A stretch of 63,251 nt of DNA, filler included, from Cercozoa sp. M6MM (Eukaryota > Protista > Endomyxa: Ascetosporea): NCBI GenBank assembly GCA_040357565.1. It is 9 parts of 9 records of this genome, joined end to end, with 100 filler letters (N's around TTAATTAATTAA, not from the genome) between each part and the next. Parts side by side here need not be neighbours in the genome. Positions count along the whole stretch, not along the records: positions 1 to 19,276 come from JBDODJ010000213.1; positions 19,377 to 25,529 come from JBDODJ010000780.1; 7 more parts are not named here. One strand, written 5' to 3'. Of this stretch, positions 12,662 through 24,672 are shown piece by piece; the first letter of the stretch is position 1; every line of letters begins with the position of its first letter. The position numbers and the translations under genes are program-made. A model generated the notes under the pieces. It was not told where the DNA came from, ran no database searches, and saw nothing but the letters and a program-made list of their open reading frames with translations.

Positions 12662-14299
12662 CTATCGAAGACGACGTGGGCGCCGCCGAGAGCCCGCGAT
12701 GGTCCGACGTGCATCTCCTCGGCGGTGAGTCTCTTCTCGACGAGGCTCTTCTTGGCGGGTTTCTTTTGGGGTCTCTTCTCGGCGGCCAGTCTCCTCTCTG
12801 CGGTCAGTCTCTTCTCGGAGTGTCTCTTCTCGGCGAGTTTCTTCTCGGCGAGTCTCTTCTCGGCGAGTGCGAGTCCCTCTACGACCAGTCTCCCCGCGAC
12901 GCAAGGAAACCCGTGCCTCTTCCCGCCTGATCTCCTCCTGGCGAATCTAAATGCACTCTCATGCATACACGTACACGGGTATCAACCGTACGTACCTTTG
13001 GCTTGGATTTGGACCGGGGAGGACTGTGCTTTGGAGATGATGCCTGGCTTTTCGCATTCGACGCTTTTTCAGTGATCGAAGGTGCTTGTGTTTTGCGAGG
13101 AAGGATCTTCTCCGACTCTTGCCTTTGCTTCGGAGTCTGTTCGATTTTGCGCTGCTCGCTTTCGACGTGCTCGTGCCGATCGACGTCGCTGTGTTCCTCC
13201 GGCACACTGCGTCTGGTCCGCGTCGATTCTGAGTCGTCCGGCCGCTCGGCCATCTCTGTTCTCACACGGCCAAGTAGCACGTACAATATGCCAAGTAGAG
13301 TAAACGTAAATAGCGTACCCGGATTGAAATGACAGGCGCGCGAGCACGAGGCCAGTAGCTGCAGCCAGTGCAGTCGTTCTGCCGAACTAGTGAAGCGCAT
13401 CTCCAACACGACCTACCGAACGATATAGTTGCCACGAGACTATACTAATACGTGGAGGGGACCTTGTCTTTGTCGTAGCGCGGCTGTTGCTGAGAACGTT
13501 CGGATTCGCTGCTGCTAAGGCTGCTGTGCCACTCTCCAAGGGCTCTAAACCAGCACCAAAGATCACATGATACTGACAAAGAGGAAGGAAAAAGGAAAGG
13601 TACTTAAGTCGGGACGGCACATACTCGCGGCACAGCTGCAGGTCGCACCTGTCGGCACAAGGCACTGGCACCAGTTTCGCCAGTGGCAACGAGCGCAGTG
13701 GCTGCGCGGCATCACTGATCAGTAGGTCGACTTGCTTTCCGACCTTGTCTGCAAACAGGCAAACAGTTTCACCAAAAATAACTGTGCACATACACACGTT
13801 AGTACCCATGTTATGTTTTACCCAGTTGGCCAGTCGGATGTTCGACGTGCAAGGCATCCAGTGCGTCGAAAAGGTGCATGCAGTCGGCCGTAGTGACCAC
13901 GCATGCCTGCAGAAACCCAGCAGTCCAGTAGGGTGGACAATAGGCGTGGACATACTGTGGTACTCGGACAGAAAAGTACCACTGTGTTCCACCGGTGCGA
14001 GGACAGCAGTCGCTGTTCCTGCGAGCGTCGTCGCTGCCGCTCGCGTCGCGCGTTGCCGAAACTGTCAGCACTCTCTTCGCCGCGGATCAATGAAGTCAGG
14101 CCACTCAGAAAACCTCCTCTGAAGGACACACCCATACCCCGATACTTGGGACAGTGCAAGAGCAGAGGTACGTGTGTTCCTCCTCAGTGTGCGAGGCCTG
14201 CAACACGCGCTGTGCCACGGCTTCATCTGCCAGTTCGAGCGTATCCTCTTCGCCTGTGCATACACAAGTCCAAGTGATACTCTATGCATAATTACTTAA

Positions 14300-14332
<33 letters not shown>

Positions 14333-16117
14333 ACATATATATATATATGCTATGATATACACTAAATACCTTCCAAGTAGGGCACAGGAACAGCCTGGCA
14401 CAAGCGCACACGAATTAGTGCACTCTCAACTGTGGCATTGTCGATCGCTTCCGTGAGTGCGCCTACACCAAGGCATGGCAGTGTCAATTGAGCACAAGCC
14501 AAGAGGGTGAAAGAGGATACAAAAGAGGACAAGAGACTACCGAGTGTGCGACTCGGGGCGACCGTGAGAGAGTCCACTTGGACTCCTGTGCGTCGCTGAA
14601 TGACACCCCAGTCGTCACTGCCCGGCACGTTGTCCAGCGTTTTGTGCACGCGCTCCTGCAACTCGCGCAGTGCCGTGTCTTGTTGCTGCAGGTGCGCCTG
14701 CATGCTATCCACTGTCTCCGAGAAAATATGCGTCAGCAAAGCACGCAGACGTTTGTGCACCGGCGCGAAATGAGTCGAATACAGACTGTATTGACATTAC
14801 CCACATGGCCCTGCCAAAATGTGTGCGTGCATACAGACTCAAGCAGGGCACTACCGTTGCAGCTGCCGGGCCCTCCCTTCGCGTGTGTAGTGGAGTCCGT
14901 GCTGTGACGAGTCAGGTGACGTGCCAGGCACTAGCTACACAAGGCAATGACACTGCAGGCACCGCGGAGGGCTTTATTTGAAAACGGGAGGGAAAATTCA
15001 CGCATCGGTAGTCGTCGCTGCGGATCATTTCGGCGTAGTCAATGGCCACCTGGTTCTACACCCGGTATTGTTTGATTGTGAAATACACTGACGTTGGTTT
15101 GTGCTACCAACTGGTCGCAGTGCTTCTGCAAGGTCTTTTGCAATTCCGGTGTCTGGGCCATCACCTACAGGACCAGCACACACATCTATGCAGGGACCAA
15201 GACTGAAGGCCAGAACAGTGGGTACGTTCTGTGCAAAGACCGACAAGGCTGAGGTGAAGTCGCGCAATGTCTGTGGCACTACGGTGATGCCTGCATATAG
15301 TGTACTCGCACCCGAGGAAGCAGCACAACCACTGCACGTGTATCTCCATACCTGAGTCGTCCTTGTCACGCACCTCATCGATTCCGGAAAGCAATGCACG
15401 CATCTCATGGCCCTGCGGACACAAGAAACTATGAGCACAACATGTTTTGAGTCAAAAGGTACCTGCAGTGCCCGTCGAAGTGACTCGTCGCCGACTTCGA
15501 CGGCAGCAGCTGCATCGCTTGTACTTCGCAGCACTAGACATATTGACATGGGCTCTATTTGTATCAAACAAACCTGGTAGTATGCAATGTTTCTGTACAG
15601 GCAGCCAGAAGTTCGCCAACGGCACGGATGGCATCGATCAGTGCTTGCGCTGCTTCGGCATCAGTCTCGGCCTGCATTGCCCAGTTCAAACGGCTCTAAC
15701 TTCCAAGTCAAGCCAACTGAACTAAGAGGGCCGCACCTGCTTGATTTCCGTGCCGCGCGATGACTGCGCGAACGACGACATCACCGACGTCGACTCGCGC
15801 GTTTCGTCCGAGCGGATCGACATCACTGTACCGAGTGCAAACTTTCTTGTCTCTAGGAATGAGGATTTTGGCGTACATGACGGCGTCGTGCGGTGCACTT
15901 CGTGAGTGCGCGTCGCGAGTTGCACCCTCGTGGCACGAGGCACGGGAAACGGCCGCATCATTGGCCGCACACCGACGCGACTCGACTGAGCCTGCGCCTG
16001 CGAGTGCGTCGCACTGCACATGCCAATTTTTCTAGTCACCAGTCACCTTTTCTGTATCGGAGCCTGCGAGCTGTACCTCCTGCTCGGTTTTCTTTCGTGT
16101 TCCGGAGTGTCCGACAT
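12662..16117 (-). CDS. Probable BAR-like helical + PH domain protein with a C-terminal RREET repeat tail
   Basis: Helical/coiled-coil N-terminal half; PH-like HRWNTV-ACVVTTADCMHLFD and EMRFTSSAERLHWLQLL; last exon (RREET)n. Boundaries approximate. Confidence 0.5.
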
Positions 16118-16148
16118 CTGCAGTCGAATTGAAACTTCGGAAGGAAGG

Positions 16149-16531
16149 AGCCTTAGTGGGCAAAGCGAAACCTTGCATTCCGATGTGGCCTGAGAAGTTT
16201 TAGACTCTCAAAGGCCGAAAACGCCGCACGCAGACATCAGTTCGCTCACTCGGTCCATCACAAGGCGAACTTTGTTCAACCCGCAAAGCCCAAACTGAGG
16301 CTAGACTGTCGACTACCTGTCCCAGGAGCACAGTCGAGTCGATGGATGGGCACGACAGCCCCGTGGTTACTCTGATCGGCGACCACCTTGCGAAGCTGTA
16401 GTGGTGATCAGAACATTGAACGCCTCAATTCCCATCTTGAAGCTGCTGCGGTCTTGGTTGCGTGCCTAGAAATGCCGATCCGAGCAGCCAGCCGTTTCTG
16501 GCGTGCTCCTGACGGAGAAATCAACTATTTT
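16149..16531 (+). ncRNA. Candidate structured RNA (unassigned)
   Basis: More than ten complementary segment pairs within an intergenic interval. G-U wobbles and A-rich loops favour the + strand; ends at TTTT. Confidence 0.5.
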
Positions 16532-16879
16532 CGCACGATCATCCACAAAAAGAGCAGTGCTGATCCAAAAAGATTAATCGATACTGCAGTGCTGACAGCA
16601 GCGACAACACATTCACCTTCAGTGCTAGCACCTGGAAGCACTGACGTCTGAGCAGTCCTCAGCAGTCGCGGCAGGTTCTTCCCAGTCGTTGTGGGCTTGT
16701 CTTTTCGTTTCTGCACAGCACGTGTCAGCAGGCGAGTGCCTGTGTACATGTATTGTGTGTGTGCGCAAGCACCTTTCTGCTTTGGTTTGTTGTGTGTGCT
16801 GGGAAATCGAGAGGCCACAAGTCGCTCTGTTTTGCTTTTGTGATCTTGTTTTTGTTGTCGCGCAGAGTGAGTCGCTCCA

Positions 16880-18663
16880 ATGGGTCTATGCGCCTCGCAG
16901 TCGGCGTCCGAGGGCGTCACTACCAGTCGCGACATTGACAAGAACGTGCGTTGCTCTTGACCTTTCCCCCCCCCCCCCCCCCGCTAGGGATGTCTGACAT
17001 GGTGTGTGCGTCATTGTAGAACAAGGTCGATGAGATGGCGGCGAAGCGCACCAAGAAACTGCTGCTTCTTGGAGCAGGTGTGTTCTGCTGTTTACTTAAC
17101 CCCCTGTTATCCTTATGTATCCCCTCCATTGTTGCAGGTGAGTCGGGCAAGTCGACGCTGTTCAAGCAAATGATCACTCTGTACGGCAAGGGTTTCTCCG
17201 ACGAGGATCGCAAGCAGTACGCACATGTCGTCTACAACAACGCTGTTGAGGTACCGTTTATCCCCTCCCCTGTTGCCCCCTGTTGCTCCTGATTACCCCT
17301 TTTCCACCTTGTAGAGCATGCTCGAACTGCTGGCGCAGACGGAAAAGCTGCGCGATGAGTTGGGTAGGATCTCTACCCCCCCCCCCCCTGTCCCCTTACC
17401 GCCAGCCCTTGTTGAGCAGCGGCGCAGGGCGAGAGCACAGCCTTGTCAGAGGACTTGGCGGACGCCAAGGCGACGGTGCAGAACGCCACGGTGGCTGTGA
17501 TGGCGCATGCCTTTGCCGACATCGAGCAGAGCGAGAAGCAAGCTGTACCCTCCCCATCAACAGTCTTACAGTGACACATGTGTGTGAATGTGTGTGTGTG
17601 TGTGTGTGTGTGCTACTGTGCAGGTGGGCAAGGCCATCCAGCAGCTCTGGGAGGACAAGGGCATCCAGACGGTGTACGCGCACCGTAGCAAGTTCCAACT
17701 GCTGGACTCGGCCAAGTACTACTTCGAGAACATGCACCGCATCGTGCAGCCCGACTTTGTGCCCACCGTGCAGGTAGTTGCTGTTGCCACCTGTCCCTTT
17801 TTACCTCCTGGTCTACCCTACCTTTTTCCGTAGGATGTGCTGCGTACGCGTGTGCGCACGACGGGAATTGTCGAGACGCAGTTCAACGTCAACAACAACG
17901 ACTTTGTCATGTTCGACGTTGGCGGCCAGCGCAATGAACGCAAGAAGGTTTACCCTCCCCCGCCCCTCCATACCATATCATTTCATTCCGCTATCCTGGT
18001 GCAGTGGATCCACTGCTTTGAGAACTGCACGGCCGTGATCTTTGTGGCCGCCATCAGCGAGTACGACCAGGTGCTCTTCGAGGACGAGCGGACCAACAGA
18101 ATATGGGAGGTACGTATGTGTGCGTTTTGTCCCTGTTTCTCCTGTACGCCTTAACCCTCTCCCCTATGTGCGTACAGGCACTGCAGCTTTTTAACGAGAT
18201 CAGCAACTCGCGCTGGTTCCGCAACACCACCGTGATCCTGTTCCTCAACAAACGCGACCTCTTCGAGGACAAGATCAAGAAGGTGCCGCTCACGGTGTGC
18301 TTCCCCGAGTTCCCTGGTACCTGCACTTATATCTAAACATATCTATGTACTGTACATTACAGAGATATGTCTGTATAAATAAATATATGCTTATCTGTGT
18401 AGGCCCGCAGCTGGAGTACGAGCCGGCCGCGCAGTACATGCAGCAGCAGTTCGAGGCCGAGCACAAGAACAAGAACAAGCCGATCTACGCGCACATCACG
18501 TGCGCCACCGACACCGACAATATTCGCTTCGTGTTCGATGTGGTAGTCCCTCCTTCCTTCCCCTCCCATGTGCTGTCTGACCGACTGACTGTACTGTCGT
18601 GTCACTGCCCAGGTGGCCGGTGTCATTATTCGCGAGAAGCTCGAGGAGGTCGGTCTGCTGTAA
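16880..18663 (+). CDS. Heterotrimeric G-protein alpha subunit
   Basis: MGLCAS (myristoylation/palmitoylation type), [48 protein letters not shown], ends EEVGLL*. An apparent 5'-UTR intron lies at about 16675-16865. Confidence 0.98.
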
Positions 18664-18989
18664 GCGCTGGCGAGCCATCCTGTCTGCGCCGTCGTCTGCG
18701 TGTGTGTGAGTGTGTGTGCAGCATCGTCACAGGTGTCTCACAGGCCGCGGCCATTGAAAACTCGGAGCATTGTAGTTTCACCGCTATCCCATCAGCGGTT
18801 CCCGGACAAGGTCAACCTGCGGCCAAAAACGTGTTCTCAGCTCTAAATAGTTCAATACTGAACCAACAACTGAACGGACAGGCGTGAATCGCAGCGTTCT
18901 TTGCAGCCAGACTGCGCTGGAAACAAACCACAGAGCGTTTATTGGAAAAGTATCTACTTCTCGAATTCGCTGACTGGTTTAGATCAGGT

Positions 18990-19270
18990 TTAAAACTCCT
19001 GGTACGAGCCGCCGGAAGATTTCTTGCCCTAAAAAGATCATGATGAGAGGACAGTGCAAAAGAAGGAGAGAGAGAGTGTATGTGTGTGCGTGTACGGTGA
19101 CAGTGGCGAACGTGAACTTGCATCTGCACACACATACACACACACACACAAGCACACGTGACACAGTCAGTCGGTCAAGAGAGAGCCAAAGCTGAGATGG
19201 AAGACACACCCGTCCTTGACGAGCGAGGGCAGATCGCTCCAGAACTCCCTGTTCGGGATGAGGTCCTTGC
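18990..19270 (-). CDS. ATG27/cation-dependent M6P-receptor-like protein, C-terminal exons only
   Basis: GKDLIPNREFWSDLPSLVKDGCKFTF then KKSSGGSYQEF* (Yxx-Phi sorting motif); truncated by a spacer. Confidence 0.75.
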
Positions 19271-19276
19271 CTGTGC

Positions 19277-19376
19277 NNNNNNNNNNNNNNNNNNNNNNNN
19301 NNNNNNNNNNNNNNNNNNNNTTAATTAATTAANNNNNNNNNNNNNNNNNNNNNNNNNNNNNNNNNNNNNNNNNNNN
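19277..19376. other. Artificial contig spacer N44-TTAATTAATTAA-N44 (also 25530-25629, 36642-36741, 42922-43021, 47010-47109, 51171-51270, 54931-55030, 61236-61335)
   Basis: Identical 100-nt block with stop codons in all six frames; unrelated truncated genes lie on either side. Confidence 0.98.
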
Positions 19377-20032
19377 ATGGCGCTCATGAAGACTCCAGCC
19401 GGTGTCAGCGCATACAACAACGCCGCCTTCTCGGCTGCCTCTACGGGGGGGGGGGGGGGTACCATACGGAACACACACAAGGGGGTAGAGTGTACCCTTG
19501 TTGCGCAGCACAGTGTGCGAGAGTCGGCGGAACACGAGGACGGACATCAGGAAGGCGAGGTTGCAGATCACTGTGCCCACACCGAGCAACACAGGCACGC
19601 GATGTACAATGACACTACTGCCCTGTACAGTACACTTGTACAGTACACTTGTACAGTACACACACACACATGGTACGAATGAACATACCTGCAGCCTCAT
19701 CACAACGGAAGTCGCTCCGTGCATCAGCATCGGCAGCAGCGGGAAGAACGCGTGCTGCTTCTCGGCCACGTAGCCGTCGCGCGCAATGGCCAAAAAGTGC
19801 TCGCCGTCCCAGCTCGCGAATCCGCCGAATGTGCGAAACAAAACGCGGTCCACGCTCGTCCAGTTCGGCCGCTCCAGGAGCCTATGAACAATGCCGGACC
19901 CCACCCCCCCCCCCCCAGATCGATCATGTACCAAGTCGTATCATGCCAGGCTGGAACCAAATTGAACGTCGCCACGACAAGCACGAACACTAGAAGGCGC
20001 CACTGCAGCGCTTTCTTTAGCAGTGCGCCCAT
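19377..20032 (-). CDS. PIGV: GPI mannosyltransferase II, 5' part
   Basis: FASWDGEHFLAIARDGYVAEKQHAFFPLLP motif plus TM helices; truncated by a spacer. Confidence 0.9.
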
Positions 20033-20307
20033 CCTCGGCTGCGCTCGGTCATCGGTCAGGGAAAATTGCAAAACCACACCCCGAAACTCAAATACATCGA
20101 TAGCAATACCTGGCCCAACTACAAGCGCTTAAACGTGCAGAAACTAGTTCAAACACGTTCAAGTGCCTCTACCTGCTTAGAACGATGATACTGAGTTCGA
20201 GCTGCTCGCATGTGGCGATTCGGACAAAAACTGTCTGCAAATTCGGTCGTTCCAAGTGCGAGGGCTTCTGGGCTTAAGAAGTTCAGGTCGAACTAACGCT
20301 AGAAGAA

Positions 20308-20645
20308 ATGCGTTTGTTCGCGCTGCTTTTGGTGATCTTACCGATTGCGAGGTAGGGATACGACTCAGTCACGACGACCGCAATAGCTTTTCTCTACTCT
20401 AGGGCATCTGGTCTGTCGCAAGCGTTACGCCTCGCCCAGTCAGTCAAGGCCGATGCAGAACACGCGTATGTCGGCAGAAGGGTGCATCACAATGAGGCTC
20501 CATATCAGCTTGCTATCGGAATACTGTACAGTAAGTTACGCTAATCCCCATTCGATAGGCGCTGTCCATCAAGGTGATGGAGGCAATCTCTTCACAGATG
20601 CCAACTCGCTCTGAAGTTCCACTTCGACCACCGCAAGCATATTAG
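20308..20645 (+). CDS. Small secreted protein (~71 aa), 4 exons
   Basis: Splices to MRLFALLLVILPIARASGLSQALRLAQSVKADAEHALLSEYCTALSIKVMEAISSQMPTRSEVPLRPPQAY*; absent from the ORF track. Confidence 0.55.
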
Positions 20646-20757
20646 TCACGTGCTTAGCTAAGCTAGCATTAGTGTGGTTAATGTTACTTGTTTATACTCA
20701 TTGTACAGTACATGTAGTGCGAAACATGTACATAACTTATGATGAAGTTGAATCAAC

Positions 20758-21117
20758 TTATGTCGGCGGAGCGGGAGCGTTCTTGTAGGTGTATGGATCA
20801 TGTTGTCCAGTGTACGTGTGTTGCTCGGCGTGCTGGCCCTCGTACTGCCCGGTGTACCTAGGGTACGAGTCATTGGCACTGTATCGCGCGTCATAGTAAG
20901 AATGGTCGTGGGTTTGCTGACTGTGCTGGTTTATGGGCAATTGCGAGGTTGCGGGTACTGCATGTTGCTGTTGTCGATACAGTTGTTGTTGATACTGCAG
21001 TTGTTGATGCTGATACTGTAGTTGTTGTTGATACTGTAGTTGTTGTTGATACTGCAGTTGTTGTTGATACTGCAGTTGTTGTTGATACAGATGCTGTTGT
21101 TGCTGGTACTGATACAG

Positions 21118-21163
<46 letters not shown>

Positions 21164-21174
21164 NNNNNNNNNNG

Positions 21175-21220
<46 letters not shown>

Positions 21221-21568
21221 AGATAGCACAGTGCAACGGGTATCTCTCCCTCCATCGGCGAGCATGGTGTGCCATAGTCAGCAAATTGTGCCTGACACTT
21301 CGACCGAGACATTGTTGCTGTATGTGCCAAGCCTTGCAACATTGCGACACTCTGCGGGTACAGCGGCTGCGCAAACTGTGACTCGTCTCGTCGCTTTAGA
21401 CGAACAGAGACGGGCACACTTCGCAATAGCTGCTGCACTTCCAGTTCCGACTCCGTTTCGGCGCATGCCAACACCAGGTTCTGCCAGGATAGAAGCCTGT
21501 CAGCAATGTATATTTACACAGGGTATTGAAAAACACACAGGTATATTTATCTCGTACATATACTATAT

Positions 21569-21609
<41 letters not shown>

Positions 21610-22800
21610 CCTACAACTCCTGGGACGTGTTTTCGCCGTGTTTGAAATGACAGAACTCGCCGAATCCGCAGCTACCGTTCCTCTGGAAATGGCGGCAAGG
21701 TGTCATCTTGAACCTGCAGTGTCACACAGTACTTTACCACTGACTTTGGCAGTCGAATCAAGAGAAACACTCGTAGTTTACGTTTTAAGTGATGGCAATC
21801 TCCCAAGCTTATGCCGAGAAGTCGACGTGCCAGACGGCAGTGGAGAATCGGATGTCGCCACTGGTACCGGTATCAGAGTCGACGGCAGGCTGACGTTCAA
21901 TTGTTTGTCATATCGAGAGGACTAAAGCATGCACAACATAGACATATCGATACCGCGACTGCCCTTGCGGAAGCGACAAGATCACATCCAGTTGCGTTCC
22001 GTTTTTTGTGTAAGAAGTCATCGTCATGGCTTGCGTGCCACACAATCTTTCCAGCTCTCGAAATGCCTATGGCAGGTAGAGAACAAAGGACTGACCAAGT
22101 ACAATATACATAGAAAGCCCCGGACCGAAGGTTTCTTTCACCTCCCGGAAATGCTCTTTTTGCACTTGTTGAGACTGCACGTCAATATAAACACCTCGAA
22201 ATTCTGTTAACCTTTGTACGACACCAAGTTGAGTGTTCGAGGCGCCACAAAGATTTCAGTAGCAACAAAAACTGCCTTCGACAGCGCGGTTTTTCTTTGC
22301 GCCAGGAGCAGTGTTTCATGACTGTTTGATACAGTACAGCTTCCAGGACAATATCAAAAGAGTCGCAGTCGGTGTGAGTAAACTTACCTCTCAAGGTCGA
22401 CCCCGTGCCAGCAATGAAATAAACCTTGCTGCCAGTTCTGCAAGTCGGTGTTCAGCACTTCGATTGGTTGGTCTGGACGGAACTTTGAAGCACGCAACTC
22501 CAGTGCGCAATTGCTACCCCCTGGCCACACAAGAGGCTACTCCCTGTGCCAGACTTCGTGTTCGATGTGATTGAAGAACTCACCTGCGCAATTTACGAAG
22601 GAGACTGTCAGCATTGTCACGGCAAAAAGCTGTAAGAAAGGCGTCATTGGAGCAGTCAATTGTTTCCCAAAGTAAGTTGTAGCTTCCGATGACCCTAGCG
22701 TTTGACGCGCGTGCCGTGCCTTTCGCTTTCGGAGTCGGACTTCACTCGCTTGCGTCGTTCGATTTGCGATCAAGGGGGGGGGCTGTCCATCAACGTTTTC
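20758..22800 (-). CDS. Hypothetical protein with a polyQ / (QQQLQY)n low-complexity C-terminus
   Basis: Last exon is ORF 20758-21474; upstream GT-AG exons present; start uncertain. Confidence 0.5.
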
Positions 22801-23060
22801 AGTGAGTTCTGGCTAACAGCTGACAGCCGTTCGTCGGCGTACAACAGCGATCAGTGGATTTCCTGCAGTCCAGTCCACATCTTGTACGCCTGATATAAAA
22901 TTGAGCACCACGTATCCGCGCGGCGGGTCACCGCTGCTTGACCCCCTGACCACTTTCGAGCTTGAGTTTTGTCTTAAAAAGCCGTTTGCATACCGTAGGA
23001 CTCCTACAGCTCTATCGTCACGAAGCTTGAGCTCCTGAGGACGAGATACATTCTATTCGA

Positions 23061-24334
23061 ATGGCACGTTTCCTGAGCTCTCGATGTCCGACAACTTTGT
23101 CTGACTTTAGTCTGCAAATTCAGCGGCACGTCGAAGCGTGAATTTGTTTTGTAGAATATGTGTAGACAGTAAGTTTACTTTACTCGTTGAAGTCGCGCAG
23201 ATTCCCGCATGTGCGAAGCGCATTGAAAAGCCGTGATCCGCAGTAATACTCAAACAAAAAAAAAACTGAACTTCCTCCCAAAGATACTAAGCTTAACTGG
23301 TATTACTGTGCAGAGTCAAGGAATCCGCTCGAAACAGACTCAACATCTGCAGGGAAGTGCTGGAACAAGTCGACAGGCGTTGGTATCTAGACAGACCGCT
23401 GCCAATAGGACATAACGGAGTCTATATGGCCACTGTCTCTGCACCGCACATGCACATGTACTGCATGTATGAGATAGCATCCCGCCTGCAGAAGAGCTCG
23501 AAAACCGACGATACGATTCGAATTCTCGACATTGGCTCAGGGAGCGGTATTCTGGAGGCTTACTTTGACGCACTTTGCGCAAAGCTGTACCTCCATTTGT
23601 TTCCTACTCTTGACGAAAGCTGTTTAGTCTATGCCGCTGTGTTGTAGCAAACCATCAATGAAACGCGAGATCGTCGGAACTGAAGTCTCCCACAACCTCA
23701 TTGACTGTACATTATCTTGAAAGTGTAGACTATACATTACTGCCCATCACTATTTCACAGCACGTTTGACTGGTACTGTAGTTGCCAACATGAATATCGC
23801 GCACTATGTGAGTACGCTCTCCGAAGAGCAACGTCGCCAAACGTCCATTACCAACGTAGTTGCCGACTTTCGTCTGCTCGACCGCCACAACAAGTTCGAC
23901 GTGATTCATGTCGGAGCAATGTTTAACCGACGCGAATTGGATTCATTGAAGGGTACAAACAATGTCTTCCGAGGATTGGATTAGTGCTTTTACAGAACAA
24001 AGTTCATCCTGCTGAAACCGCAGAGCTGTTGAAGCCAAACGACGGCAGTTTTATCATCGCCCCTTTGACGGGAGGCAGTCGATTCTTTGACAGCGACACG
24101 ACAGGCAGCATGCAGGTGATCACGTCTCAAAATGGAGGCAAAAGCTACAGGGAAGAAGGACTCGGACTGCCTGTGTCATGTACAACTGCATTTTAATATT
24201 CTCTTTCACTGGGAGTCACATTACTGTTCTGTCGCGCGGTAGACGTTCCAATCGTCCATCGGTACGAACGGCACCCCAAACTTCACAGCGAAGAAGCCGT
24301 GGATCATGCCATTAAGTCGGATACCCATGCGTAA
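23061..24334 (+). CDS. Protein-L-isoaspartate O-methyltransferase-like
   Basis: VDRRWY, ATVSAPHMH, ILDIGSGSGIL, FDVIHVGA, LLKPNDGSFIIAP, VSYVPI; start uncertain. Confidence 0.8.
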
Positions 24335-24672
24335 CTGAAGCACACGACCGACAGATTGTCTTGTCGGCACAAACTAAAGGCCGTGCACGGCTCTCATTTC
24401 TCATACCGAAACTCATTTGAACTTGCTGTTGAAATCGAATGTGCAGTACATTGCGACCCGGCTCGCCTCCAGCTCCAAAGTACGAGCGAGCAGCTTTTCT
24501 TCCCGTCCAGCGCAGTAACTTTACTATGTTAGTTGATCGTTACCTGAGCTGCACTGTACCTAAAAACGTCAATTAACTCTGCTTAGTCAACGCAACGAAC
24601 ACCGCTGCGCGGCGGGAGGGGAAATCCGATCGTAATCGAATTATTCGATTGTAGCAACGATAAAAATGAAAA

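Noticed and set aside
16180-16225. Hammerhead-like CCGATGT-GGCC...GGCC-GAAA
   Set aside because: The core deviates from CUGANGA at two positions and I found no stem III or cleavage triplet.
16357-16368. RNase MRP CR-V-like AACCACGGGGCT on the minus strand
   Set aside because: No matching upstream CR-I (GAAAGUCCCC) to form P4.
10143-18663. Alternative genetic code or non-spliceosomal introns
   Set aside because: PYCR, G-alpha, CCT2 and the checked parts of TOP3A and the kinase splice in frame with GT-AG introns and standard stops.
19277-19376. Repeated TTAATTAATTAA palindrome within N runs, and apparent gene fusions across it (e.g. PIG-V with the ATG27-like tail)
   Set aside because: Artificial six-frame-stop contig linker; the adjacent fragments are unrelated.
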